Shown here: positions 41,624 to 53,301 of the stretch, in pieces
Numbering within the stretch: position 1 is the first letter of the stretch
Layout: each line of letters starts with the position of its first letter
Assembly (NCBI GenBank): GCA_030264375.1
Contig: JASCQW010000043.1
Coordinates: 87,388,392 to 87,452,391, forward strand
From: Carcharhinus longimanus
Lineage: Eukaryota
DNA length: 64,000 bases
Direction: 5' to 3'
Notes under the pieces: generated by a model
Database searches by the model: none
Told to the model about the DNA's origin: nothing
Seen by the model: only the letters and a program-made list of their open reading frames with translations
Position numbers and translations under genes: made by a program

Positions 41624-41825
41624 TCAACCACCTGTGCACAGTGGCAGTCATATGTATCATTTACTAAATCTACTGCATTAACTTGCCAAACATCCTACAA
41701 CAGCACCTTCCAAATACCTGACCTCTATCACCTGGAAGGACAAAGGCAATAGATGCAGGGGAAATCCGTTACGACCTCATTCCTCTCCCAGCCAAAAACC
41801 ATTGCAAATTGGAACTATTTCACGA
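41624..41825 (+). mobile_element. Fragment of the 59289-61857 LINE family 3' region
   Basis: gcacagtggcag...cagcaccttccaaatacctgacctctatcacctggaaggacaaaggcaatagatgca corresponds to 61505-61640. Confidence 0.7.
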
Positions 41826-44310
41826 GTCCTGTTTGATTGGCAAATCATTAAGGAGGTGTTTGGAAATGGAGTGGGGGTGGGACAAATCAGTGTGCCAAGG
41901 GCAGTCTCCTGCTTTAAGTACACCAATCCTTCAGATTTCTTTTAAATTTGAATATTGTTAGCCTTATGGTTACTGCTTTTTAAGAATTATTCGTTCTTAT
42001 TTAAGTTCTTTCTAGTTCTTGATTTTTGCCCCCTTGTGGCCATTTGTAGAGGAACCATGTTTCTGAAGAAAAATCTCAGTTTACATTTACTTTGCATGCT
42101 TCTTCAGTTGAGGAAAATTATGGGAACAAGATTGCTGGAACACTTAAGTGATTAGTAGACCATAACATTGGACACCTGTTGATTAGACCTTGACTTAATT
42201 CCAGATCCAATGAGCCTTTGAAGTCTTGACACTTTTTAGAGTTGTTTCCAATTTTTGTGTTCTCTCCAAAAGATTACTGGTGTATGGATTCACATGCAGT
42301 AGCTACCCTCTGCTGCCTTTTTTTAATGGATACTCTCTATACATAATGCTGGATTAATTGGCTCTGCAAGTGGTCCATGATGTCATTGTATTTTTGTCTC
42401 ATTGTACTGGCAGTAATACAAACAGATTATGACGTTTCAGTGGGGGGGAAAAAAGCAACATTTGTATAATCTCTCAAATTCTGTATGCAACTTTCCCAAC
42501 AGCTTTCCCTACCTGCGATATGGCAATCCTTCACTGACACTATTTCTGGAAGTTTAAAATCTATGTGATGTTTGCTGGGGATTGTTAACTATTTATCAGC
42601 ATTGGAGTAAGGAGGGAAAAACCTATCTTCCAGCCCTCAGTTTTTACATAATCTAAATAACAGTTCAGACCACAAGTCCGAGGGTGCAAAAAAACAATTA
42701 TAGGTTTAGAATGTGATAAAACCACATAGAAGTAAATGCTCACGCTTGCATAATTGATTGCTGCTGTGTGAGGTGCCTGACTGACTAACTGGATTGCAAT
42801 TTAAATGAAAAAGGAGATGCTTGTACACATTCTAATTTTGTGAAGACCAAAATGGAAAGAACTTCTCATTCCTGCGCCCTGTGCTTATTTTCTTGTATTA
42901 TCTTTGTGATAATCACAAATGTCAGTGCAATGAGATTTGCCATTGATGGAAACATGGTTCCTATCTTGGATCAAAACTCACTCTTGACGACTTAACCGAA
43001 AAACCATTCTGGCATTAAACAGTTGTTGGTATGAGAAAATGCAGAGGGATAATAGTCCTGATCTTGCTTTTATCTCATTGCCTTGGAGTTGTGACGTAAT
43101 ACGAAATAGCAGTCTTAGGTTTTATATGCCACTTGTGCCATTTATACTTCCACAAGACCCTTTCCGTTTGCCTTTGTCGGAATCTGAGTTATTTTGCACT
43201 TTTTCCTTGGAAGGCCATCTGGGTGCCAGACGAGGCACCCTACGCCAGTGGAGGTTTGCACCCAGTCTGTCATTTATTTAAGGGGAGATTTGAATTAAAA
43301 TACAAGCACAAATAGATTGCAAATCCAAATTGTTGGAATTTGTCTCTTTCAGGCAGGACTGTTATCATTAGGTTTAATCATCACAGAGGAATGCAAAAAA
43401 AATGAACAAAAAATAGCTTAGTTTTATCCACTGTGCCCCTCCTTTTGTATATTTTGCCTGATGATAAACTTTTTACCATCTATTTTAACTGCTCCAGGAG
43501 CTTAATAATTACAAACAAAACTTCATAGTTGTTAAAATGAACTTTCTTTTTAAGGTAAGAAAATAAAACTCTTGGATGTAATCTGTCACTGCACCCTGCC
43601 TTACAATGACCTGCATGTAGCCCAAGTTAAATCGTATATAGGCTTCACCTCTGACCAAAAGCCACAAACCTGGAAACAAAAATCCTTTCCTGAACACCAG
43701 TTCACAATTTAAACACAAACTTCACAGACAGTCATTCAATGAACAATCTGCTCCAAGGTATTTGCAGCAAAAAAAGACACCATCTCCAATGCAGAACTAC
43801 TGAACCATGTTCCAGAATCGTAGAAATTCAAAGCACTGAAGGAAGCTATTTAACCTATCATGTCTGCAGCAGCTGACAAAAAGCCATCCAGACTTTTTTA
43901 TCTAGTCCTTGGCCTGTACTCTTCAGGTTGTAGGATGTTTGGCAAGTTAATGCAGTGGATTTAGCAAATTATATATTTGGCTGCTTCAACCACCTGTGCA
44001 CAGTGGCAGTGTATATTTAAGGCCCTGGATGGGCTGTTGGCTAAGTGGACTGCTTTGACCTGGATGGTGCTGAAGTATTTTGGGAGCATCAACCAGGCAA
44101 GTGGAGAGTAAACACTCCTGATTTGTGTTTAGGTAACAACATTTCAAATGCATAACCAACTGCTTTTTAAATGTTAGAAGGGTTTCTGCCTCTATTGACA
44201 TTTCAGACCGTGAGCTCCAGATCTACTCCACCCCTCAATTCCTCACCATTCTTCTTATCCAAAATCTGTATTCCCTGGTTATGGATCCCTAAACCAAGTG
44301 TAAAAGAGCC

Positions 44311-44577
44311 AGAGAATACGTACAGTGCCAAGAGAGGCCATTCGACCCATCTGATCTGCACAGGCCCTCCCCTCTGCCCTATCCATGTAACCCTGCATAT
44401 TTACCATGGCTAATCTACCTAACCTAAACATCTTTGCACAGGGAGGAAACTGGAGCACCCAGAGGAAACTCGGACACTAGGAGAACATGCAAACTCCACT
44501 GACAATCGCCCAAGGCCAGAATTGAACCTGGGTTCCTGACGCTGAGGTAGCAGTGCCAAGCGCTCATCATGCAGCCC
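44311..44577 (-). mobile_element. HE1/V-SINE nested in CR1
   Basis: gggaggaaactggagcacccagaggaaac...ggagaacatgcaaactccac...attgaacctggg is the reverse complement of the 2251 element. Confidence 0.85.
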
Positions 44578-45650
44578 TATCTGTTCTATTAGATATCTCC
44601 TCAGTTTCCTCTTTCAAATTAAACAACTGTTACCAATCCAATATTTCTTCATAATTTAACATTTTCAGTCCAGGCCACATCCTCATGAATTTTCTTTTAC
44701 CTTCTCTCATGCAATCACTTCTTTGCTATCGTGCAGTGACCAGAAATGTGGTCTTAGCAGTGTTTTAAACAGTTCCAACATAAACTTCCTCCTCTTATGT
44801 TCACCTCAGCTAATGAAGGCAATAATCCCAAATGCCCTTTTGACTACCTTGTCTATCTGCATAGCTACCTTCAGGAGTGTGGGCATGCATCCTGGGGCCT
44901 CTCTATACCTCTACACTTCTGAGTAGCCAACCATTTATTGTGCTGTTTGACTTCCTATATGCATTACCTCACACTTCTCTGAATTGAGCTCCATTTGCTG
45001 CATTCTCCCCCATCTAACAAGTTAATTGATATCTTCCCCACAGTCTCCAGCATTTTTTTCATTTCCATCATTTGTATCATTTACAAAATTCTTAATTATT
45101 TACTCTACATCAAATTCATTGATATATATACCCCAAAAAGTAAGAGTGTTGGTACTGACCCTGTGGAATCCCACTGGAAACTGCCTTCTGTCGCAAAAAC
45201 ATCCATCAACCATAATACTTTGCTTCCTCCCTCAGAGCCAATTTTGGATCCAACATGTCACTTTGCTTTGAATTCCATCTGTTTTTAATTTAGTGACCAG
45301 CCTGCCATGTGGAACTTGTCAGTCGCCTTGTTAAATCAATAAATATTGCATCAAATTTTTGATCTTTAGAAAATTCACTCATGTCAGTCAGATGTGACCA
45401 CCTGTTAATAAATCTGTGCTGACTGCCCTTGATAATCCCGGGTCTTTCCAATGAAGATTTGTCCTGCTCCTCAGAATTTTTTTCAGTAGTTTTCAGCTTC
45501 TGAGGTTCGGCTGATTGGCCAGAAATAATTCATTCCATCCCTTTCTCCCTTTTTAAACACCCAAGCCTGTGTCCAGAGAGGATTGCAAAATGATGGCCAG
45601 TGTCTCTGCTATTTCTTCTCTTGCTTCACTGAACAGTTTAGGATGTATTT

Positions 45651-45970
45651 CATAGAATCGTAGCCTCCTTCTGCACTGTAGGTATTCTATTTGGCCCATT
45701 GAGTCTGCACCGACCCACCTTTTTATCTTATCCAGGCTCTATCCCCATAACCCCATATATTTATTCCACTAATCCCCCTAACCTACACATCTTTGGACAG
45801 TAATGAGCAATTTAGCTTGGCCAACTAACTTGCACAGCTTTGGACTATGGAAGGAAACCAGAGCATCTGGAGGAAACCCAAGCAGGCACTGGAAGAATAT
45901 GCTAACACAGGCAGCCGAGGCCTGAATTGAACCCTGGCGTGGTGAGGCAGCAGTGCTAACCACTGTACCT
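45651..45970 (-). mobile_element. HE1/V-SINE nested in CR1, with a 29-bp internal inversion
   Basis: ttggcccattgagtctgcaccgac...gcaatttagcttggcca...gtgaggcagcagtgctaaccactg. The flanking CR1 sequence rejoins as ggatgtatttcat|ccaaacctggggacttatc. Confidence 0.85.
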
Positions 45971-47149
45971 CCAAACCTGGGGACTTATCGACTTTCAAAT
46001 GTTAAAACCCTTAATGCTTCATTTTTGACCATGTCAATTTCATTTAATATTTCACATTCCTCCTCCCTAATTGCAATTTCTGAATTGTCCCCCTCTCCTG
46101 TGAAAACATACACAAATGCAAAGTATTTCTTGGAAACCATATCTGTTGATTTGCCTCCACTCATAAGTTACCCTTACGGCGCTTTTAGTTAACCTTTTGT
46201 TCTTTATGTATTTGTCAAAAAATGATATCTTTTTTCTTCATTTTTACCTGCCAGTATTTGTTTCATGCCTTCTCCTTGTTTTCGTAGTTTCTCTTTTAAT
46301 TTCGCCCTTACTCTTTTTATACTGTCATCTTTCAGCCATGTCTCTGTAATAATTAAAATATCAGATTCCCATGGAAATGATGCCCTACAATGAGAATATT
46401 GGAATTTGTAATGTCTGTTGTTTGACTTTCAAGACCAACGAAGAATGAGGGCTTGCAAATCAGTGCACTTGGCTGGAGCACAGATTGGATTCTTGAACAT
46501 TTTTTTCAAAAATATTGAATTGAATTGCTGAACAGTATGAAGTCTATTATAGTTGTTATTTGAGGTGCAGGCTGAAATGACCATTTAAGTCAGATGTTGT
46601 GGAGTGCTTTTCATTTTGCTCAGCTCAAACTCCCAGCGACTAAACAAATCGGAGTTAGGAACATTTATTTAAAAATTCATTCAGTCCATTTGCTGTATTT
46701 TAACGTTGTATAAAGTGTTGGCAGAGTGTGAACCATTTAACCCTAGCACAAAGGTAATTGCTTGAATGGAAGCATTATTGCTTCCCATGCAAGAGCAGAG
46801 AATATGCAAACCTCTTAAATTTGTCCTGAGAAAATAATTGCTTTTATCATGTCAAAACATTTTAAAAGCACCTCATGCAATCAATTAGTTTTGGACTGTG
46901 GTAATTGTTACGTAGCAAAATGTGCCGCCAATTCTGAGATCAGTTCCGCCCAAGTAACTATGATTTATTCTCGATTGCGGAGGATGTTGACCTGAGCACT
47001 TCTCCTAGAAAGTGCCATAGAATCTTTTAATATTTATCTTGAGGCTGGAAGGTCAGCATTGAGAGGTTGTCCTGCTGCAGCTCACTTGTGAATATTTTGA
47101 GCAGAATGATTTGTTTTCTAGAAAACCTATTATATTTCTGCCTCCCTTC

Positions 47150-47290
47150 AGTCCTGAACAGCAGTCATTATTAGACTTGAAATATTCACTTGGTTTCTTG
47201 CTCCACATACGCTGCCAGACCTGCTCAATTTCCCTGTACTTTTTTTTAATTCAAATCTCCAACATCTGCAGTATTTTGCTTTTATTTTGA
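47150..47290 (+). mobile_element. Old Penelope-type terminal repeat with an eroded hammerhead-like core
   Basis: ctgaacagc-agtc-attatta-gact-tgaaa followed by gctgccagacctgct...catctgcagtattttgcttt. A related remnant lies at about 29640-29715. Confidence 0.5.
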
Positions 47291-48314
47291 CACTTAGTTT
47301 GCCTGTTTGAACCCACCACTAAAGGGCTGTTGCTGACCAGGCTTATTGGTTATTTAGTAATAGGGTGAAATAGAATAATACATTTTTTGAATATTATGCA
47401 CTAGTATAAAAGTGTGGCCTCGTGGAAAAAGTAGGTATACTCCTTTTCTACAAGCACATGTAACTCTGAGCCAGAAACAAGATGTAGCATGCACGTAATA
47501 TTATAACCACTCGCATTTATGAAATATCTTTCATACAAAGAACGGTCCAAAACTTTGCAGATAGGTATGAAGTAAATTGATCCTAAGCCAAAAGAGACGT
47601 GATCAGAGTGATTTTGAATGCAAGGTAGATAGATGGTTAGTTGGGAATTTCAGTGAAACATGACATTATTCATGGACTTAATAGAGTAGATGCTGAGAAG
47701 ATTGTTGCTGTGGTTGGGAAGTCTAGAAGTAGAGGGTCACTGTCTCAGGATCATGAATCAATTATTTTGGACTGAGTTGAGGAGAAATTATTTCCCTCAA
47801 GACTGGGAGTCAAGGAATTCTCGTCCCCAGAGGGCTGTGCATTTTCAATTGTTGAGTATGTTCCTGACTGATCTTGAAAGATTTTTGGACAAGGCAGTCT
47901 CACATTAGGCTGAGAACATACCGAACACGGACCAAGCGGCCAATTTCGTTTACGACTTGTGTTGCTTTTTCTGGAGATGTGGACTGAGAGTGATGCATAA
48001 ATGATTAAAATCAGAAGTGCTGTGTTTGAGGGGAAATGGGATTTGGCAAGGCCTTTGAGGGACTGAAGATTTCATTTTTGACCTAAAGAACAAAAACAGC
48101 CCGGGAAACAGGCCCTTTGGCCCAACGAGCCCGCGCTGCCATCTCAACACCACCAGTCCCCCTCTCCACCCATGACCCTTGTCTAATGTTTTATGGCCAT
48201 CCACATTGAGGGAANNNNNNNNNNNNNNNNNNNNNNNNNNNNNNNNNNNNNNNNNNNNNNNNNNNNNNNNNNNNNNNNNNNNNNNNNNNNNNNNNNNNNN
48301 NNNNNNNNNNNNNN

Positions 48315-48530
48315 CTGATTGGAGTAGGTGTAGCTCCTCCTCCAAGGCTTGATCTAATTTGCATCTTAGCCAAAAGGCTGAGATGCCGCTTTAAAAAACT
48401 GCTTCAAATGAAGCTGAAATGTAATCTAATGACTTCAACCAAGTGCAGCATGTCCATACTACACTCAATCTTAGCCAAATGGCTGAAAAGCGATAGCCTG
48501 TAGAACAGATACTACACTTGATCTTAGCCA
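48315..48530 (-). pseudogene. Cluster of U2 snRNA 5' fragments (U2-headed or U2-targeting element remnant)
   Basis: Against the vertebrate U2 sequence: 48502-48530 = nt 18-46 (29/29), 48456-48494 = nt 1-39 (34/39), 48363-48383 = nt 7-27 (20/21). No Sm site or 3' half, so this is not a functional U2 gene. Confidence 0.85.
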
Positions 48531-49892
48531 GATCAGGCCAATAGTTTGACCAAAAACGATATGTTCAAGACTGATTTTGGTGTATCTGAGCCTGAACTTT
48601 CAGACTTAGCTTAGTTTCTTCACCTTTTAGTTTCCTGACAAGTTTGTTTTTAAAAATTAGAGCTTTATTTCTTGCTTTATCTGATTTCTCATGAGTATCT
48701 TGAGTAATGTTTTTTAAAAAAACTTGTAGCTGATTCTCTACATATTCTTCTAACTTGATGCCTTCAAAGGTGTGCTTTTGTATTTGCTATCTATCATGAA
48801 CTTGGTGTCTGTGAAAGGTGATTTTCTAAAGGTGACAGCTGGTAGGAAGATTGTGAGCAATGACTTTGGTAGGGCCAATGCATCAGTGTTCATTTTCAAA
48901 TACATTTGTGCAGCAATGTGTAAGGCTGAATTGTGTAAAAGTATGAGTGATTGTGATCCAGCACTTTTGCAAATACATATCAGATAATCGGAGATTCCAC
49001 GTATTTATGATTATGCTTCGCTTCCTGCTGGTCCTGTTATTTTGCAGATTCAGCTATAAAATAGAGTTGTAGCTCTGTTTGCACTTGGAGGCTATTTTCC
49101 TTGACAACCCAGTGGGAATCAAAAATGTCTGGAATTGCAAACCAGAGGTTACAAGTCTGGTTCAACTAACCACCTCGTCAGTCTGCATTCATTGTGGTCT
49201 TGAATTTGTATGTGTACTTAACCTCATCCCTTTGGTAGCAGTACTATTGATGTTTGTACTGTTGCCCCTAGAATGTCACTACATCTAGTTCAACCATGTC
49301 CTTTGCCTCCCTAAGATTTGATTTTTTTTATCTCTAGCTTTGGTCTACCTCTATTTGTGTATTTCAAAAAATCTTTTATAGCTTCTAATATCTTTGTATA
49401 TACTTTTTATTCCTTTTTTCAGATGCCTGTCCTTTATTCATCTTGATTCCGTATTAAGGGTTTGTCAGTGCCATCTTTTTCCTTCCTCCCCATATTCATT
49501 TTACTTTACTAGTCATCCAACAACCTACCACTTCAGATGCCCATGTCTGCCCTTTCTCCCCTCATGGCAATGTCCACTCTACCTGAACTAAACTTTATTG
49601 TTCCATTCCTGCTTTCTGACTTTTGATTTCAATCCACCTGCGTTCTTTCCAATTGACTGAGATAACAACCCTCCAGTTCCGTTTTTACTCCTGATTGTTC
49701 GCCTTTTCTAGAACAATTGCAAAACCAGGTGTTAAGATCACTATTTCCAAATGCTTCCCCACCTGAAATATCCTCCCTGACACACTCTTCATTCCCCAGA
49801 GCAAGATCCAGTGCTGCTTCTGTTGTGGAATTGGAAACACTAATCATTAAGTTTCTTGTACATGTCTCAGAATAGCACTATGTCCTTTTAGC

Positions 49893-50076
49893 ATCATAAA
49901 AACCCTACAGTGCAGAAAGAGACCCTTCAGCCCATCAATTCTGCAGCGACCACAATGCCACCCAGACCCTACCCCTATCTCCCTACATATTATCCACTAA
50001 TCTCTCTAACCTAAGCATCTTGGGACACTAAGGGGCAACTTTAGCATGGCCAATCAATGTAACCCACACGTCTTTT
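49893..50076 (-). mobile_element. 5'-truncated HE1/V-SINE
   Basis: ccctacagtgcagaaagagaccc...gggacactaaggggcaactttagcatggccaatc...aacccacacgtcttt. Confidence 0.8.
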
Positions 50077-52554
50077 AATTTGCTGCTGTATTTTTGGTTA
50101 ATTGAAGTCTCCACCCAATGTCTCTTAGCAATCTGCCTGCAGAAACTGCTCCTTAAGTTATACTTTCAGAAGTATAATATCTTCTCTGTTGATTCTAACC
50201 ATATAGTTTGACCCTTTTGGCTATGCAAATACTAAATAGCTTTTACCACCCTTTTTATTTTTAATGTCCTGAATATCTTCACAAGGAATGAGGTTTATAA
50301 TCTGCCTGTCTTTGAACCAGGACTGCTGTCACCATATCGTCGTACCACATCATGACTTGTGTCTGCAGCTCACCAATCTTATTTGTCTAAACGCACACAT
50401 GATCCAGTTTGCATTGGCCCAGTTAATCCTTTCTATTTGTAGATTGGACTATTGGATCATATTGATGTGAACCAGTAGATTTTGGAAACACAACAGCAAT
50501 AACTCCGGATGCTGAAAATCAAACACAAGGGGAAAAATTCAAGTCAGTAGTTGAGGGGGAAGAGAGGAACATTTCTTGGTTGATCAAGATGTAAGTGATT
50601 TGTGAGCTCCTTATGTTGATGTAATGGAAGACAGGTTTTTAAAACTGGTTTCTCTGGATCTAAGAATAGTAAATGGAGCAGTCTTCGCCATTTCAAAATT
50701 GTTTTGAAGTCCCTAAGTTTTTACACAAAGCAAGGATGTATAATTTCAGGTTCCCTGCAAGCACCCAAAGCAAGCATTTGCAAGAGATGTAGTTGTAAGT
50801 GAAGGAATTTCCTGAAGGTTTTGCTCTAAGCTATGCTGGATGACTTGTATCATTTAAGACAGTTGTACTGTAATACTACAGATTCCGACTCCAATTTGGC
50901 ATGGATTGCCTTGCTGTAACCTGAGGCAAACATACTTGTTTTCAAGCTGAGAGCTTTGATTAATCTGTGGTTCCGAAAGTCACTGTTGTCTTTGTCTTTT
51001 AACACCTTCAGTGTGACTCACCACTGATCTTAACTAGAAAATCCAGTGAAGAATAAGTCTTCCGTTAAATGGTGCATAAAATAGTTAGAGGGACACTGGT
51101 CGTGAAGTCTGTTCTTTACTTGGCAATTTCACTTCTAACACAATTGAGCAAATTATTCTTTGGACCTGATGCCTTGAAGCTTGTTAAAATAGGAGAAATG
51201 CATTTTGGGGTTGAAGTGCAAATAACCATGTTCCTTGGAGTAAATATTTAGATCAAACATCTTTTCAGAAAGTAGCTTTGTGCATGTGTAGAGTTTCATA
51301 CCTGAAGGGTAAAATTTTAGTGTAGGTCTTGAGCACTTCACCTAAACTAAAAATAAAATTTTCTCCCACTTGGTTTTAATATGCCTTGTCGACAATATTG
51401 CATTCAAGTCCTGGAGTCCAAACAAGTTGTCTTAATTTAGTAGAGCAAATCATGACTAGATTTGCACGAGTTATTGGAGTTTGCTGGAAGTGCAAACTGA
51501 AAAGTTTGATTCGGAAACTGCTTCAGACANNNNNNNTCAGACAAATTGGGACCCCCCCCCCATTCTCCAGCGTGCATAAGTCTCCAACTGTGGCATGACT
51601 ATCTAGATGTGGTATAAGAATATTTAATATTACTTGCAACATCAGCAATTTACTGACTGGTGCTATGCTTAGGGATTTCAAGTTTGTAGCCACTGATAGT
51701 AATAAATTATCTGTAATCAGTAATTTAGTTAAACACTGTACAAATACAAAATGTGAAATTATTGGCTAGTCCCCATTTGAAGAGTGCTGACTATGACTAT
51801 GCTAATCTACATCAATCTAGGTTTTAAACTTTGATCTTGACACTTTAGATCTCCATGTTGGTGAACTAAATTTGTTCTTACTGGTTTGCCAGCTGGCCTG
51901 TGTAAGTCTTGATCGGCTAAATATTGTTGCATTAGTGATAAATCCCATTTGTATATGTTCCACTCCATATCAGCTTGGAGCAATAACTAGATTTACTTGT
52001 CACTTATTCACTTGAGCTAAACCTAATCAAAGAACTAACTAAAAAGGAGGCTTTTTGTAACACTGAATGATATCACTGGGCATACAAAAGTGCCAATTTC
52101 GTAATATATCATGGTTTCTCCTTTTTCTCTTCTCTCCTATTTTCACATTTTGCTCCCAACCCTATTTTGTTGAGCACAATGATGAGCCTTATTTGAAGGT
52201 GGGTGTTGGGAAACTTTTTGAAAAGAATCTGTAATATCTTCAGTTTTTAATATTGATTCAACAATGCAAAGCACCAAAATGTTTTGATTACCATATGTAT
52301 TTAAGTTGAGATTCTAGCTGGGATTCTCTGACCTTTGTCTGCAGCTGGGATTCTTTGGTCCTGCTACTGTGAATGGAGATTTGACTTGAGTGCCAATATC
52401 TGTGTTTTGCTGGCAGCAGAGCATGAGACCAGAGAATTCTGGCCCCCTGCCTTCTGCAACGAATGTGGAACTTTTTGGGGGTGGTGGGTGTGGGTGCCAG
52501 GGAGAGGGGTGGCTTTGATTTATGCACATCTGAATTGCAAAATATTTCTTGCAG

Positions 52555-52593
52555 GTTGGACAATCTTCTAAATATGGCTTACGGTGTGAAGAG
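52555..52593 (+). CDS. ELAVL2: ELAVL2 39-nt hinge cassette exon (Hel-N1 vs Hel-N2 type), absent from the ORF track
   Basis: atttcttgcag|G TTG GAC AAT CTT CTA AAT ATG GCT TAC GGT GTG AAG AG|gtaatt. Encodes (R)LDNLLNMAYGVK(R), phase 2-2 and frame-preserving. Matches the known alternatively spliced 13-aa hinge segment of neuronal ELAVs. Confidence 0.95.
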
Positions 52594-52893
52594 GTAATTG
52601 TCTATTTTCTAGTCGTGCTGTTTGTTAAATTGAGATGAATTTTTCCTGTCTTTTCTATATTTAAAAATTGTAATCAAGTCTTGAGAGTAAATCCATTTTG
52701 GTTAAACAGGTTAAATTATTCAAAGCTAAGGTCAGAATGCTATTTCGTAAACTTGCTTTTCTCAATTCCATTGTGTGAAAATCAGATGATTTACCAGTTT
52801 GGAATACAACTTGTTTAAATGAATGCTTTTCATTCTGTGCAAATTTCCTTGTGAATTCAATCTAAATTTTATTGATCTTGTGTCCCAATGTAA

Positions 52894-53301
<408 letters not shown>

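Larger units (their letters stand above)
43814..46330 (-). mobile_element. CR1 LINE 3' half with nested insertions
   Basis: Tail agaatcgtagaaattcaaagcactgaaggaagctattt and RT-region phrases (ggtactgaccctgtggaatccc is the reverse complement of GIPQGSV; ccatgtggaacttgtc of DKFHM). Interrupted at 43927-44127, 44311-44577 and 45651-45970. Confidence 0.75.

Noticed and set aside
47924-47936. aacacggaccaag resembling a conserved 28S rRNA motif
   Set aside because: Only 13 nt with no flanking similarity, which is consistent with chance.
48456-48530. Functional U2 snRNA gene
   Set aside because: Only nt 1-46 are represented, in pieces. No Sm site, 3' stem-loops or 3' box.
51522-51543. Direct repeat tcagaca around N7 (similar acccc around the 28221 gap and att around the 57690 gap)
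   Set aside because: Typical contig-overlap artefact at scaffold gaps.
52317-52354. 12-bp direct repeat agctgggattct x2 near the cassette exon
   Set aside because: Only two short copies and no array structure; most likely a local duplication.
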